Origin: an uncultured candidate division Zixibacteria bacterium
GTDB taxonomy: Bacteria > Zixibacteria > MSB-5A5 > GN15 > PGXB01
Direction: 5' to 3'
Assembly (NCBI GenBank): GCA_963702205.1
Contig: OY969724.1
Coordinates: 1,056,001 to 1,120,000 of the forward strand
Length of the DNA stretch: 64,000 bases
The notes below the pieces were generated by a model. It was not told the origin of the DNA, did not search any database, and was given only the letters and a program-made list of their open reading frames with translations. This document shows, piece after piece, positions 28,974 to 37,814 of the stretch (the stretch's first letter is position 1; each line of letters starts with the position of its first letter). Both the position numbers and the translations under genes were made by a program.

Positions 28974-29615
28974 ATGTTTGACGAAATTGAAATCAAATTG
29001 GATTTACAGGGTGCCGAAAATTTCAACTTGCTTTTGGAAAAACTCGGTCCACCCGTCGGCCATAGTGATCAGGTCAATCATTTCTTCGACACGGCCGGGT
29101 TTGATCTGCTTAAATCAGGTTGGGCCCTGAGATTAAGGCTGGTCAACGAGCACTGCACCCTGACATTAAAAGGTCCCGGACAAGGGCTGAATACCGGTTT
29201 GTCAATCCGACCCGAGTATGAAACCGCTTTCGACTGTGATAGGCTCGATCATATTATAAAAGACGGTCTGTCCCCCGGCACCTGTCCGGGATTAATCCGT
29301 AAGCAGCTTGAATACCTGAGTATTGCCGAAACCATGACCCGCATTCTGGTTTTTAAAAATCAGCGTACCGCTGTGGTACCCCATGGGCTTGAAGGGGACA
29401 GAAAGATTATGCTGGACAAAACAACTTTCCCCGACGAGTCCGTCGAATACGAACTCGAAATGGAACTCGACCGGCCCGATGATTTCCCGAAAGCTTTTGA
29501 AATGCTGAAAAGGCTCCTGCAAAATCTTGAGGTCCCGGTTAAGATCATGACAGACAGCAAATTCGCGCGGGCCCTGAAAAGGACGAATTTGGATCATTTA
29601 TACCGGGAAACTTGA
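28974..29615 (+). CDS. CYTH domain protein
   Basis: EIEIK (ExExK), QVNHFFDT, ALRLR, LTLKGP, YELEME, SKFAR. Confidence 0.9.
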   Translation: MFDEIEIKLDLQGAENFNLLLEKLGPPVGHSDQVNHFFDTAGFDLLKSGWALRLRLVNEHCTLTLKGPGQGLNTGLSIRPEYETAFDCDRLDHIIKDGLSPGTCPGLIRKQLEYLSIAETMTRILVFKNQRTAVVPHGLEGDRKIMLDKTTFPDESVEYELEMELDRPDDFPKAFEMLKRLLQNLEVPVKIMTDSKFARALKRTNLDHLYRET

Positions 29616-29674
29616 GCCGGTCGAAATGTAAAATAGATTGCCTTGTGATTAACCGAAAACTGCAGGAGGATTGA

Positions 29675-30598
29675 ATGAAGCGAACAGCAGTAACGGCCAT
29701 ACTGGTGCCGCTAACGGCGTCGATTTGTCTGGCGGCACTTCCCCCTGACAAAACCCCGGGACAAACTTCCAAAGACACATCCGAAATTGCCAAAAAAAAA
29801 CCACCCGAACACGCCCCCAACAAATTGTATCCTTTTTCTTTCAATTACGATGAAAATTTTACCATTCTGCGTCTATTCCCAACTCCTGAAGGATATGAAA
29901 GATACTCAGAAAGCAAGATGTCGAAATATCAGGCCTGGCTGACCAATATGCCGGTTTGGCCCGATTATTACACCGTTGCGTTGTGGAACGAGTATGATAC
30001 CGTCAAAGCCGGGCGCGTCGCTGCGATCCTCGACCTGGGAGTCAGGACACCGAACCAGACCGATGTAAACATTCCGCTTCAACTGCTCTGGACCGCGCGG
30101 CGGGTGTTCAACAAACAAAACGAGATAGAATATATTTTGTCTCCCAAAGATACGATTACCTATGACCACTGGCTTTCCGGTAAGTACGGTTTCGACGGAG
30201 CGGGCAATCTCATCTTCAAGGAAGGTACCAAGCGCGAGCATTCTGACAGGGACTACTTCCGCTTTCTTGAATTCGCCATGCACCAGAACACGCCCGAACT
30301 GCTTGCCTATAACAGCAGAAAAGTCGATCCGAAAAATATAGCGCCGGGAGATCTCTATATTCAATACAAAGACGCCAAAACCGACTCGGTCGGCCATACG
30401 GCTATCATCCTCGACGTTTGCATCAATAAATCAGGAGATATGCTGGTAATTCCGGCCTGGGGCGGCAATCCCGCTCAATCGGTCTTTGTTCCGAAGTCAT
30501 CGAATCCCGAATTTGGACCCTGGATGACCCCGGATGAACTCAAAGACCGACTGGCCGCATACGGTCCCGGTCAGTTCTATAATTTCGCCCGCAAGTAA
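29675..30598 (+). CDS. Secreted protein, DUF4846-like
   Basis: Signal peptide, 'FPTPEGYER', 'W L..MP', 'IAPGDLYI...GH..I.LD', 'PAQS'. Confidence 0.65.
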   Translation: MKRTAVTAILVPLTASICLAALPPDKTPGQTSKDTSEIAKKKPPEHAPNKLYPFSFNYDENFTILRLFPTPEGYERYSESKMSKYQAWLTNMPVWPDYYTVALWNEYDTVKAGRVAAILDLGVRTPNQTDVNIPLQLLWTARRVFNKQNEIEYILSPKDTITYDHWLSGKYGFDGAGNLIFKEGTKREHSDRDYFRFLEFAMHQNTPELLAYNSRKVDPKNIAPGDLYIQYKDAKTDSVGHTAIILDVCINKSGDMLVIPAWGGNPAQSVFVPKSSNPEFGPWMTPDELKDRLAAYGPGQFYNFARK

Positions 30599-30642
30599 TT
30601 TTTGAGTTTACCGACGGTTTCCTGCTCGTTATCTTGTAACTG

Positions 30643-31857
30643 ATGGGCCGGAAACCGTTTTTATATATCCTCGGGATCGCGCTGGCGGCGTTGATCTTTT
30701 CCTGTGGTACTCTTACCGCACGAACCTTCACCGTTGAGCGCGGCTCCGACTTACAGGCCGTCATTGACTATGCCGGTGACGGCGACACTATAATTGTCGG
30801 ACCGAAAACTTTCACCGCCAATACCGTATATTTCACCGATTCTCTGTGCGGCAACTGCGCCGAGCATAAAACCGACGTGAAAGCTTCCTATGGCTTTATT
30901 GTCAAAAACAAATCGCTGAGTATTGTCGGCACCGATCGCGGGGAAACCGAACTGGTGACCAACGCCGGTTACGGGCTGTTTTTCGTCAATTCGCCCAATT
31001 CTTCACTTATGCATCTGACCATCACCGGCGGGAAGCGCGATACCGATGGCAACGCCACCGACGCCGGAATCGTCGTCCGCAACAGCCGGGTGACAATACA
31101 GTTCTGCGATATTGTCGACAACACCAACCGCATTGACAGCGTCACGGTCGGTATCGGTGGCATCTTTGGCCGCGAGGGAGCGGAACTGATTGTCGACCAT
31201 TGCCGTCTCGATAATAATACCTGGGACGGCATCGCGCTCTATCGCGGGGCATCGGCAGTCATCACCGACTGTGAAATCAGCAACGGGCGCGGCGCCGGTA
31301 TCGGCGCCACCTGGGATGCCTCGTGCCTGGCCTATCGCAATAAGATTTCCGGTTACTGGAAGGGTATCGGCGCTTTCGGAACGTCGTGGGTGGTGGCTCA
31401 TAACAACGTCGTTTTCGACAATCTCGGCTGGGGGATAATCGCCACCGGCAGTGCCTATATGGATATCTCCAATAATCTCGTTCGCCACAACGGCAACTGC
31501 GGCGTCGCTCCCTGGTCGACCGAAAGCCGGGGTCGAATCGTCAATAATATCATCGTCAAAAACGGCTGGCGCAAAGAATGGGTCTGTCCGTGTGTCGGCG
31601 TCTGGAATTACGGCGACTGGGCCAAGTGGAATTTCTCGTACAATATCGTCTGGGACAACAAAGAGGGCAACTATCGCGATATATGGGACCAGACCGATAT
31701 AAACGGCAATCTTTCGGTCGATCCGAAATTTGTCGACGACTCCTCGCTGGTGCTTCAGCCCGATTCTCCGGTTATCGACGCCGGTGATCCCGATTTGTCC
31801 GACCCCGACGGAACCTGCTCCGATATCGGAATATGGGGCGGTCCCCAGGCAAAATAG
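30643..31857 (+). CDS. Right-handed parallel beta-helix repeat protein (exported)
   Basis: Repeated N/G-rich beta-helix rungs; 'DPKFVD...LQPDSPVIDAGDP...DIGIWGG' terminus. Confidence 0.88.
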   Translation: MGRKPFLYILGIALAALIFSCGTLTARTFTVERGSDLQAVIDYAGDGDTIIVGPKTFTANTVYFTDSLCGNCAEHKTDVKASYGFIVKNKSLSIVGTDRGETELVTNAGYGLFFVNSPNSSLMHLTITGGKRDTDGNATDAGIVVRNSRVTIQFCDIVDNTNRIDSVTVGIGGIFGREGAELIVDHCRLDNNTWDGIALYRGASAVITDCEISNGRGAGIGATWDASCLAYRNKISGYWKGIGAFGTSWVVAHNNVVFDNLGWGIIATGSAYMDISNNLVRHNGNCGVAPWSTESRGRIVNNIIVKNGWRKEWVCPCVGVWNYGDWAKWNFSYNIVWDNKEGNYRDIWDQTDINGNLSVDPKFVDDSSLVLQPDSPVIDAGDPDLSDPDGTCSDIGIWGGPQAK

Positions 31858-31977
31858 AGTTTTCTTCATTTTCCAGTTCAAAATTTGACCATAATTAGCC
31901 CCTCGCGAAATGTGTTTCCACGATCTTCCGATAATTCTTCAAAAGGGCAATTAATCTCCATTTCAAGGAGGGCTTTG

Positions 31978-32904
31978 GTGAGAAAATTACATCTGCTCCT
32001 CGCTTTCGGTCTTATAGGCTGCGTTTTGGTCCTGCTTATGGGATGTGACAGCGCCTCGACCGATCCAAAACTCCAGACCGGCGACGTCAACGATCCGGAA
32101 TTCCAGCAAATCGATGGCTTATTCGGGACCGGTTTCACCGACATGAGCGGAACCATGCTGGATTTGACGTTTAACCTGATAGACTCCATCCCGGCCCCGG
32201 CTGAGGTCAGAAAACCGACGGCTTTTGCCGCCTCGGAAAATTTCGATAACCTCGAATTTTCGTATTCCTATAATGCCGAAACGTATTGGCACGTCTTCAC
32301 GGTCAGCGCTTCGACATCTGAGGACGATGGCAGCGGCGGGACGGTTACCTTCACGTTCAGCGGCTCGGACTCGGTGCGCTTTGCGAATGCCGGGGGATAT
32401 GTTCAGTACCCCGATGAATCGATCACGGGCGCGTCGATTCGCTGGCATTTCGACGCCGATGTGTCTGCATCCGACGGTGATTTCAGCTATGACAGCGATG
32501 CCAACATAAACCTGACCGGCGAATATCAGGGCGATTTCACGCTCAGCGGTGCGTCGTCCGATTCCGTTTCGTTGTCTGTGACCGACGGTGACGCGACTTG
32601 TGCTCTGGATATCTCGGCCGCCCAGGTTTACAGCGACGTTTATGCCCCGTCGTCGGATCAGGGCCAAAGCTGCCCGACCAGCGGCCGAATCGACGTCGCC
32701 GCCTCGATCGATCTTCAATGCGAAGGGCAGGCACCAGAGGGCTACGACGAACTGTCGATCAACGGCGACTGGATGATTGCCTATATATTCAACGACGGCA
32801 CCATTACGGTTGTCTACAGCGATGGTACCACGCAATGGGCGACGACCGATGACTGCGGCTCGGAAGTGACCTATTCGCCGCATCTGCCGGTAGTGCAGCA
32901 ATAA
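31978..32904 (+). CDS. Hypothetical lipoprotein
   Basis: AAGGAGG RBS, GTG start, hydrophobic segment with MGC lipobox, acidic Ser/Thr-rich body. Confidence 0.75.
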   Translation: MRKLHLLLAFGLIGCVLVLLMGCDSASTDPKLQTGDVNDPEFQQIDGLFGTGFTDMSGTMLDLTFNLIDSIPAPAEVRKPTAFAASENFDNLEFSYSYNAETYWHVFTVSASTSEDDGSGGTVTFTFSGSDSVRFANAGGYVQYPDESITGASIRWHFDADVSASDGDFSYDSDANINLTGEYQGDFTLSGASSDSVSLSVTDGDATCALDISAAQVYSDVYAPSSDQGQSCPTSGRIDVAASIDLQCEGQAPEGYDELSINGDWMIAYIFNDGTITVVYSDGTTQWATTDDCGSEVTYSPHLPVVQQ

Positions 32905-32937
32905 AGTAATCGAATTAGCATAGACAACAAATTCTGT

Positions 32938-32970
32938 AAGCCCCGCCGTATTTTGCGCCGGGGCTTTTTT
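32938..32970 (+). terminator. Intrinsic terminator
   Basis: AAGCCCCG...CGGGGCTTTTTT. Confidence 0.7.
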
Positions 32971-33011
32971 ATCTCCCTCATGGAGTTCAGCCGGTTACTG
33001 TACCGCAAGTT

Positions 33012-33056
33012 CTGCCGGGTCTTGCCCTCGACGGAGGCGAGGGTGTGACCCGGCAG
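33012..33056 (+). repeat. REP-like hairpin, family GGTC-YTGC-stem-GTGT-GACC (copy 1)
   Basis: CTGCCGGGTC-TTGC-CCTCG-ACGGAGG-CGAGG-GTGT-GACCCGGCAG. Confidence 0.7.
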
Positions 33057-33177
33057 TCTTGTATTATTACGACACATCGCGGAATCTATATGAGTGTCGC
33101 TGGCTACTGGCTTAAAAATCCTGAGCATGCGGAATAAATTTTGTAACCATGGAAGATTATTTCCGTACAACTAAACT

Positions 33178-34281
33178 ATGGCATACTCCAAAATCTTGAT
33201 TTTTATTGGTTCGCTCTTGATTCTGTCGCAAACTACCGGCGCCAGATCTCGATGTATCGCTTTCGCAGATAATCCTGAATACACGATTCAGTTTGCACAG
33301 CAGGCACACGAGGCTGCAAAGCCGGGATATTCGGCTATTTTGCTGCACGGTGATTCGGTCATTACTGAAGTGTATGCGGGACATGCGGACATACAGCCCG
33401 CCAGAAAAATAAGTAAAGATTCGCAGTTCTATATCGCGTCGATCGCTAAAACGATGACGGCCGCGGCGATCCTGTTGCTCGCTCAGGAGAACAGACTGAA
33501 TCTAGACGACCGGATTCGCTCTTATTTGCCGGATCTGCCGGCCTTCACGGATTATATTCGGATATACCACCTGCTCACGCATACTTCGGGATTGATAGAC
33601 TATTATGATGTCTATGGTGAAAAACCTCGCGGTCTCACGAACGAAAGTATTATGAATTTTGTCCGGACCACTGATTCACTTTTGTTCGAACCGGGAGTTA
33701 ATTATAGCTACAGCAACACCGGGTACGTAATTCTGGCCGAGATCATAGAAAAAGTCGCCGGCATGAGTTATGCCCGATTTCTCCACCAGAAGTTATTTCA
33801 ACCTCTACACATGGACCACACGGTTGTAGTCGATCAACCGGGAATTTCGATTCCGGATCGAGTGATCGGCTACGTGACAGATTCATCGGGCATTCTACGA
33901 GCTTGCGATTACGAAAACACATTTGTCACCGGTGGGGGCGGGATATATTCGACGATCGGTGATCTGAAAAAATGGGTGCGTGCTCTCTGGACCGGAAAAG
34001 TCCTGTCTCGGAAGTGGCTGGCCCTGATGCTTGATTTTCCCACAACCTTACGCGGTGCCAAATCATATTTTGGTATGGGCTGGACCAATGAAAGCTTCAG
34101 CACCAAAGATCCCGATTATGGGGGGCAACAGGTATATGGATCTTTGGGGGTATTGCGTGGATTTCGAACCGGGATATTCGTCGTGCCGGATGCCGATCTC
34201 ACACTTATCTTTCTCAGCAATTCCGGAACGATGGGCGTAGATCCAATGGGCATCATCAGGCATTATATTACTAATCAATAG
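33178..34281 (+). CDS. Serine hydrolase, beta-lactamase class C/AmpC-like family
   Basis: SxxK (SIAK), LLTHTSGL, YxN (YSN), signal peptide. Confidence 0.92.
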   Translation: MAYSKILIFIGSLLILSQTTGARSRCIAFADNPEYTIQFAQQAHEAAKPGYSAILLHGDSVITEVYAGHADIQPARKISKDSQFYIASIAKTMTAAAILLLAQENRLNLDDRIRSYLPDLPAFTDYIRIYHLLTHTSGLIDYYDVYGEKPRGLTNESIMNFVRTTDSLLFEPGVNYSYSNTGYVILAEIIEKVAGMSYARFLHQKLFQPLHMDHTVVVDQPGISIPDRVIGYVTDSSGILRACDYENTFVTGGGGIYSTIGDLKKWVRALWTGKVLSRKWLALMLDFPTTLRGAKSYFGMGWTNESFSTKDPDYGGQQVYGSLGVLRGFRTGIFVVPDADLTLIFLSNSGTMGVDPMGIIRHYITNQ

Positions 34282-34446
34282 CTCCTGGCGCAACGGGAAA
34301 TGGTAAGGGTGTAACTCGGCAGTCCTCAGGAGTATTACATCACATAACCGAATTTATCCGGGGTGTCAATCCAAAAGCCTTGACACGACGGACGATGACC
34401 GTTTAATTGTGGCCGGTTAGATCAGACATCTTTCTTTCGACAAATC

Positions 34447-34531
34447 GGAGGAGTGGCTGAGTGGTCGAAAGCGGCGGTCTTGAAAACCGTTGTACCGCAA
34501 GGTACCGTGGGTTCGAATCCTACCTCCTCCG
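34447..34531 (+). tRNA. tRNA-Ser(TGA)
   Basis: GGAGGAG/CTCCTCC acceptor, GCGGT-CTTGAAA-ACCGT anticodon arm, long variable arm GTACC-GCAA-GGTAC, GTTCGAATC. Confidence 0.96.
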
Positions 34532-34575
34532 CTTTTAGAACGCGTCGGAGCCTTAGCGACTTACGCGTTCTTAAA

Positions 34576-34643
34576 CCCTGAGTTTTGCGAAGGGTCAACA
34601 GATCACAGCACATCAGCAAGCTTTGCGAAGGGTCAACAGATCA
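34576..34643 (+). repeat. REP-like CCCTGAG...CGAAGGG element and 22-bp direct repeat
   Basis: TTTGCGAAGGGTCAACAGATCA at 34584-34605 and 34622-34643. Inverted counterpart CCTTCG...CTCAGG at 34892-34921. Confidence 0.7.
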
Positions 34644-34936
34644 TGGCAGATCAGTGGTATCTATATATTCTTGAATGCCGCGATGGTTCATATTATACGG
34701 GTGTTACTATTAATATTGCCGAGCGCTTGAAGCGCCATAATTCTGGCAAAGGAGCCAAATTTACTCGCAGTCGCCGTCCATGTCGGCTAGTTTACTTTGA
34801 AGATTGTAATTCAGAAAAAGATGCCGGAAGACGGGAATTAGAAATAAAGGGCTGGAAGCGAAGCAAAAAAGACGAACTGGTAAGTGGGTTTCCTTCGTCA
34901 ATCCTGACGGACTTCCTCAGGATCTCCGGGCAATAG
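34643..34936 (+). CDS. Stand-alone GIY-YIG nuclease (UPF0213/YhbQ-like)
   Basis: WYLYILECRDGSYYTGVT...RLKRHNSGKGAKFT...RELEIK. The track ORF's 5' extension overlaps tRNA-Ser and is spurious. Confidence 0.92.
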   Translation: MADQWYLYILECRDGSYYTGVTINIAERLKRHNSGKGAKFTRSRRPCRLVYFEDCNSEKDAGRRELEIKGWKRSKKDELVSGFPSSILTDFLRISGQ

Positions 34937-35125
34937 CCTCTCGTTGAAACCTTCCACCACACTATATTGTATCACTTATTAGCGTCACCAAGCGCTTTCA
35001 ATTCGTCCGTCTGTTTCAAATGAAGTCATACCGATTCGAGGCTTGACGACAAATATGTCGTGCCATAGGTTGGTATAACCTGCAAGACTTTATTGGGAAG
35101 CTTCATACAGAGATTAAAGGTCAAT

Positions 35126-35848
35126 ATGATTCAGCGGTTGAGCATAATATTCGTTCTTATTTTGGTGCTCGTCGGCGTTCTGTCTATCGGCAGAGCTGAC
35201 AACCAGCCCAGGGCGGTATCGTACTGGTTGTGGGCGGGCATAACCGCCGAAGACGCACCATCGAACTCGGAGCTCTATGTCTATCAGGGCAGCATATATA
35301 CCGACAACGGCGGATCATCGTATAACCGCCTCGGCTTGTATCCCTATCCGCTTAAATGCACCAAGCTTTTTTTGGTGTACCGTCTGGACGGCCAACTGCC
35401 GGAGGCCGGGTTTATTGTCGATCAGTTTCTGAAAAATGCGGCGTGGTGGCACAGCCATCCGGTGTCGGTTTCGGGATTGCAGCTTGATTTCGATTCGCCG
35501 ACGTCGAAGCTGGCGGCATATAGTAATTTTTTGAGCGAGGTCAGGCGGTTGCTTCCTCAGAACTATGCTCTGAGCGTCACGGGCCTGGGCGACTGGGTTT
35601 TTGGCGGAGATGAAGACGCGCTGCATTCGATTTCGTCATCGGTCGATGAGATAGTCTTCCAGCTTTATCAGGGCCGACAGACACTTCCCTATTTCGATGA
35701 TTATGCATCGAAGCTGAAAGAATACCCCCGCCCGTTTCGGATCGGGCTGCTTTACGGAGCCCCGACTTCCAGTTCGGTTCGGACTTTGGAGGCTAATCCT
35801 AATTACCGGGGCGTCATATACTTCATTCAAAAGGATAAATTGAAATGA
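35126..35848 (+). CDS. DUF3142-like exported protein (GH18-like barrel)
   Basis: YWLWAG, GLQLDFDSPTSKL..Y..FL...R..LP..YALSVTGL.DW, VDEIVFQLYQG. Confidence 0.75.
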   Translation: MIQRLSIIFVLILVLVGVLSIGRADNQPRAVSYWLWAGITAEDAPSNSELYVYQGSIYTDNGGSSYNRLGLYPYPLKCTKLFLVYRLDGQLPEAGFIVDQFLKNAAWWHSHPVSVSGLQLDFDSPTSKLAAYSNFLSEVRRLLPQNYALSVTGLGDWVFGGDEDALHSISSSVDEIVFQLYQGRQTLPYFDDYASKLKEYPRPFRIGLLYGAPTSSSVRTLEANPNYRGVIYFIQKDKLK

Positions 35849-37674
35849 AAAAATACATTTTGTTTTGTCTGGTGATAGCGATTTTATGCTTAAATCCTGG
35901 TCATGCCTGCATCTTTTCACCCGACCCCTATTTTCATATGCCGTCGTATATCGACCCTGACTATATAACTCCGGACTACGCCGAGGCCCGGTATGGCAGA
36001 AAAACGACCTTGGGAATGATTTTGGATCATTGCGACCACCGCGAATCAGAACAAGACAGCACCAGCGATGTGCAGTTGCGCGAGCTTAGCGCGAAGGAAG
36101 AGCCGGAGGCTTATCTTGCGTACGAGCAGGGTGCCGGGTTGTTTCAGGCCCGTGATTACATGCCGGCCCTTGAGATTTTTGCCCAGTTAAAAAATACTCC
36201 CGAACCCGAACAAGGATGGTGGGCGAAGCTTTTCGGAAGGAAACCCCATTCCTGGGTCAAAGAAGCCTCCAGTTATATGGTCGCGCGGTGTCAATTAGTT
36301 ATCGCGCAAAAAAATTGGAGCGGCTACCGGGGTTCGCTCAGGATGATTGATCCGAATATGCTCAAATCGGCGGATTCATCGTACCACCGATATCTTGATG
36401 AATATCCCAATGGCATCTATGCCAATTCAGCCCGCAACATTTTCCGGAAAATATATTTTCTTTCGGGTGAGCAAATGCAATTGGACCGGGCGTTGAGAAA
36501 AGCGGTGCTGGAGCAATATCCGATAGCGGGCAATTATTCGCCGGATAAACCCGTGAACGAAGACATAATTAAAGAGTTCATGAACTATTTTCGCGGTAAG
36601 ATAGACTTTGCCCACGATTCACCGATTCTCTGCGCCTATGAATGGCTGGGGCATCAAAAGCCTGACCCTCAGGACATGACTGAATTGGAAGCCAGGGAAA
36701 AAGATTTTGCGGTCTATCCGGGGTTGTTTAGATATGTCCGCGCTCTTGGGCTCTATAAACTGGAGCGCTACCGGGAGCTTCTCGACAAAACGCCCGAGAA
36801 ACCGGTCGCCGATACGATGCTGTGGCTCAGCGTGCAAATATTAAGAGCGCGGGCTTTTGCACGACTCGGAGACGAGACGGCGTCGATGAATTTACTCGAA
36901 AAAATGTTGACCGTATCACACCAGGACGAGATTGAAGTTGAAATAGCGAGTCAGGTACTGAACAGGGGTGACGGGCTGTGGCTGTTTACCGATAAATCAC
37001 CGATTACAAAAATCAATTACCTTCGTACATTTGCATTGTACGGCTTGACCGATGAAGAACTTGAGTCCGGAATTGCTACGAGCGAAATCTCGGGGGAAAA
37101 ACAGCGGATTTTGGCCGATGAGCTGGCCCGACGATACATTCTTTCGGGACGTTTTAAGGAATTGGTACGTCTATTGGATGAAAAACTGGCATTAATATTT
37201 TCGCAGATCAAGCCAGTGGCCGAAAGTCTTGCCGTTAATCCTCGCAATGTTGAAGCTCTCGCAGATATGGGTGAATTCTTGTTGGAGAAAAACATCAATC
37301 CCCGTTCGTTACTCGAGCGTCTTAACAATGAAGATTGGACCGGTGATCCGTGGGCGGATTTGCGGCGATGTAATCCGTGCCATGATTTCGGCGAACGGAT
37401 CAAAGATTATACGCCGCCCATATCATTTTTCATGTCGGTCGTGGAGATTTCGAAAAGCCTGAACAAGAAGAGTGAGGCCGAAGCCAAAGCGTTGCACTAT
37501 ATCGTTCAGGGCGGACGGCAGGGAGACAGGGCTTACAGATGCACGTGGAAAAATCCTTATAACGATGATACGGTCCTCACCCGAAGCAAGAATGCGTTTG
37601 AACGGTTACACAAGCTCTATCCCGATTCACCGTGGACGAAAGCGACGCCTTATTATTATAAAATGAGATATTGA
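35845..37674 (+). CDS. Large exported helical-repeat (TPR/YfiO-like) protein paired with DUF3142
   Basis: Signal peptide ending A-C, 'YLDEYPNGIYA.SA', C-terminal 'F..L...YPDSPW.K.TPYYY'; ATGA-coupled to the previous gene. Confidence 0.7.
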   Translation: MKKYILFCLVIAILCLNPGHACIFSPDPYFHMPSYIDPDYITPDYAEARYGRKTTLGMILDHCDHRESEQDSTSDVQLRELSAKEEPEAYLAYEQGAGLFQARDYMPALEIFAQLKNTPEPEQGWWAKLFGRKPHSWVKEASSYMVARCQLVIAQKNWSGYRGSLRMIDPNMLKSADSSYHRYLDEYPNGIYANSARNIFRKIYFLSGEQMQLDRALRKAVLEQYPIAGNYSPDKPVNEDIIKEFMNYFRGKIDFAHDSPILCAYEWLGHQKPDPQDMTELEAREKDFAVYPGLFRYVRALGLYKLERYRELLDKTPEKPVADTMLWLSVQILRARAFARLGDETASMNLLEKMLTVSHQDEIEVEIASQVLNRGDGLWLFTDKSPITKINYLRTFALYGLTDEELESGIATSEISGEKQRILADELARRYILSGRFKELVRLLDEKLALIFSQIKPVAESLAVNPRNVEALADMGEFLLEKNINPRSLLERLNNEDWTGDPWADLRRCNPCHDFGERIKDYTPPISFFMSVVEISKSLNKKSEAEAKALHYIVQGGRQGDRAYRCTWKNPYNDDTVLTRSKNAFERLHKLYPDSPWTKATPYYYKMRY

Positions 37675-37759
37675 AATGAAGGTACAAGTTATGTCTGTAT
37701 GAAGTTGGTGCGGCCGTCAGAACGATAAAATCTTTGCGATTGCTGTATGACGTTTGTCC

Positions 37760-37796
37760 GACGGGAAACCGGAATTGGTTTCTCGTCGTCGCTTTT
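37760..37796. terminator. Hairpin/terminator between convergent genes
   Basis: GACGGGAAACC-GGAATT-GGTTTCTCGTC. Confidence 0.55.
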
Positions 37797-37814
37797 TCAT
37801 AGCAAGATAATCAA

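Noticed and set aside
34490..34642. N-terminal extension of the GIY-YIG ORF
   Set aside because: Overlaps tRNA-Ser and repeats; the domain starts at ATG 34643.
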